Shown in pieces: positions 32,229 to 35,270 of a stretch of 35,270 bases of DNA. The first letter of the stretch is position 1. Each line of letters begins with the position of its first letter. Source of the stretch: Psammoneis japonica (Eukaryota); NCBI GenBank assembly GCA_008632985.1, contig QPGO01000385.1, positions 1 to 35,270 on the forward strand, in the 5' to 3' direction. The notes beneath the pieces were generated by a model. It made no database searches. It was given only the letters and a program-made list of their open reading frames with translations, and had not been told where the DNA came from. A program made the translations under genes and the position numbers.

Positions 32229-35200
32229 CTCCCTCTCAACTGCAGAGCTGCCAGCCAGACAGACTCTTCTGACCGGATTCAAACAGAGCTTGGACCAACC
32301 CCTTTGTGAACTGATCTGCAAGCTGAGAGTTGGTTCCTGCAGGCTCAACAACAATCTCGAGTGCTTCAACTTTAGTGCGGAACCAATGACAGGGATTTCC
32401 AATGTGTTTGGCACGTGGAGACATCTTCACCATTTTTGCAAACTTGAGACATGCTTGGTTATCCTTGCAGACAATGGAGGAAGGAATTGCGCCATCTTTC
32501 ACATCAGAAAAGGCTTCAGACTTGGTGGCAGTGGGAGCAGAAACATTCTTGCACCCGAGTGCATGACACTGAATTTTTTTCTAAATTTCTCGGATCGGAA
32601 TCAAATCACGCATGCCAGCCGACAGTGTCAGATGTTCTGCTTCCACAGCAGAGAGAGCAATCTGCATCTGCAGCTTGGAGACCCACAAAACAGGACAGTC
32701 GCAATGCAAAATGATGCATCCTGTGCAAGACTTGACACTCACGGTGTCTTGGAAGTTTTCATCACCATGGAGTCCAGCAAAATTGGCATCCACAAAACAA
32801 TCAACTTGTTGGTTATCTCCAGGGCATAGATGGAGGCCCTTGTCCTTGGCACCTTGAAGACAATGAAGAATGTGCTTCACTGCAACAGCATGAGAGTGTT
32901 TGGGAGCACAGGAGAAGCAAGCGGCTTGATGGGTGGCGCACGTGACATCGGGACGGGAGTTTGCCGACAACTGCATGAGCATCCCAACAACAGATCGGCA
33001 ATCCCATGGTTTGGCAAAATCGGCTCCCTCTGAATCAGCATGGCACAGAGAAGCAGTGCATGGTGTGGGAGAAGGACGACAATCTTCCATTCCAGCGGCC
33101 TTGAGGACCTTGTCGGTCAGACCTGGTTGAGCCAGCAGGAACTCCTTGGGTCCAGTCTTGTGAATCTTGACACCAAGGAAGTCACCAACTTCTCCTTCAT
33201 TACAAAGCTCGAAAATGCGATGTTGTTCTTCCTTTTGAATTCCCAGAGCAGTGGTCTTGCGTTCCAGAAGGTTTCCATTGGCACCGGTGAGGACAGCACA
33301 ATCGATGCACACGACATAAATCACACCATCCTTGAAAAACAGACATGGGTCTACCGCTGACTGAACCCACCCTCATTCAAGCAGTCCTTTGCGGAGCTTT
33401 TTGCAGAAGCATTTCGGGGCTTGTTTCAACCCACAGAGCATCTTGAGTAGCTTGAGAATGATGTCAGCACCTGAAGCAGGGCCAAAGCACTTGGGAGGTT
33501 CAACACAAATGTCTTTCACAACATCAGCTTGTGCAAACGCATTTGTGCAGTCGACTTGACGAGTTGTCCACCCTTCTTGCAATGCAGTGCTCAACAATGG
33601 ACGAACAGTCAACCACTGGACCACTGGAGCACAAGTCTTGAAGCAGTTGACTCCCTCTTGCTGCAAATCACCACGACAACAAAATCAAGCCTTGAATTTC
33701 AGCGGAGCACCGTCGGGTGAGCGTTTCAACTTAAATGCCCACATTGACTTCAACACATTCACAGAGGAATCGCGCTTGACAAATTTCCAAGTTTCATGAT
33801 GAACAAGTGCGGCCACTTTGGTCTTCATGGCCTCAACGCATTGCTTGGCAAACTCACCCGTGAGAGCTTCTCGCACATTTGGCGTGTCATCATTTTTCTT
33901 GGCCTTGGCAGTGTAGACACGAGGGTCTTGAATGCCCAATTGTCCACTGTCATAGCAGGTCTAGATCTCAGCAAGACAAGTGAGCTGGGGATGGTGTCCT
34001 CCAGCATCCAATGGCTCAACTGAGGCTAAATGGACTTCATCGGCAAAACAAGTTGTGGTTCGCCTGCCTTTGTTTGATCTTTGTGAGCGACACACGTTCT
34101 GCTTAGTTGTGGGTGGGACTGGGACATCTGGAGCTGGGACTGAGATGTCCAATGACTCCGTGCCAGGTTGATGTGGCGAGTGCACAGGAGGCATTGAATG
34201 ACCAACTGCTGACTCGCTCGTTGATGGATTGGGGTTTTGCGGTGGCTGCGATGGTGGTTCCTGGGGTGGCACCAATGGCAAGTTGTCAGAATTCAATGGC
34301 ATTGAAGCATTGGGATGTGCAGATGGTGGTGGTTCAATGACCGGAGTGATGGGCTGCAAAGATTTCATTGCGGCAGGCTGCTGATGATGTGCACTCCTGA
34401 CAAAATGCTCACGTTCTTCATGTCACCATTTCTGCTTGAGTTCTGCAGGAGTGAGCCAATCGTCTTGAAGAAACAATTGCATGTTGCTCAAATCCAGTGG
34501 CATCTGAATGACATTTTCCAAACAGAGCTCTTCCCAGTGTTGGTTGAGGGAACCGTGGTAAAGAGATCGTCGAATGCCACATGACACTGAGGAGCAATGG
34601 ACCCGGCATTCAGGTTCAGGACCAGCAGAACCTCACTGGCGTGAACCAAACTGAGACCAAGAAAAACACCACACCATGATCTTGGTTGCCAACGCGGCAA
34701 TTTCTGACCTTGCTGCAACTTGGGATCCAGGATGTAGACAGGACAGCCCCAAGCATGCAAATCAAGCAAACGGTGGCATGGGATGGTGGATCCAGTAAAA
34801 ATGTCGGCAGGACAAAGCCCATTTGATCCCGGAGTGTTGTTGTAGATGTGGGTGGCACAGTTGACTGCCACAGGCCATGGGGAGCTGTCGATGCCACCGC
34901 GCCAATGGATGGAGGCATGGAGGATCATGGCTTGTGCCACATTTGATGTGGAACACATGGGCCACTCAGCAATGCTGTTCTGGTGATGGGCGTTTGTTCC
35001 ACAATGGTGGACACATTGCTGAGATTCACGGATGTGGGCAAAAAACTTGTTTGCCTTGAAAGCACCATTGTCTGTGAGGTGCTCCTGCATGATGACGCCA
35101 TGACTGAGAGCCATCTGCTCACAACCTTGTTTTGCCTGTGTCATCTCAACTGCAGAGAAACCAACTTGATGCTCAACGTGCATGAACCCAGAAGCATGAT

Positions 35201-35270
35201 CAATGAAAATGCAGCCGGCAACATGCTGCTGAGAGGAGGGTTTGCCGCAGGAATTGCAGGTGCAACCCCC
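31994..35270 (-). mobile_element. Copia element 3 (different lineage), 3' portion: IN, RT, RH and 3' LTR; continues beyond the window
   Basis: IN motifs TDNGAF, AHHQNSIAE and WGCPVYILD; RT motifs WAFKLKR, APVVQW and CGLKQAP; RH motifs FVDANFAG, WVSKLQ and QLADQFTKGL; PPT GAGAGGGAG at 32229-32237. Confidence 0.9.

Noticed and set aside
1..35270. Very many overlapping 60-400 aa ORFs on both strands, rich in Cys/His (for example 15669-16853, 15784-16857, 17119-18009, 13850-14884)
   Set aside because: They are by-products of TAA/TAG loss through TpA depletion: antisense or off-frame to TE genes, with no motifs.

Overview
Eukaryotic repeat-rich DNA, most consistent with a diatom or other stramenopile (inferred from the mix of element families). 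No host gene is recognisable. The window is a nest of decayed transposons, from left to right: (1) the 3' part of a tyrosine-recombinase (Ngaro/DIRS-like) retrotransposon; (2) a 1.6-kb non-autonomous TIR element; (3) a full-length Ty1/copia element (6271-20199, 279-bp LTRs, GGAAA TSD) carrying a complete Ngaro element with split direct repeats and a 442-bp TRIM; (4) an endonuclease-less Penelope-like element with hammerhead-ribozyme pLTRs and a -1 frameshift signal, flanked by a 1.42-kb direct duplication; (5) a second copia interrupted by a 5'-truncated RNase H-bearing LINE and by a third copia. The most striking signal is pervasive hypermutation of both TpA and CpG to TpG/CpA. It turns conserved Tyr into Cys/His, erases TAA/TAG stops (explaining the dense six-frame ORF track) and accounts for nearly all differences between paired repeats. 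This suggests a RIP-like, A-to-G genome-defence process.
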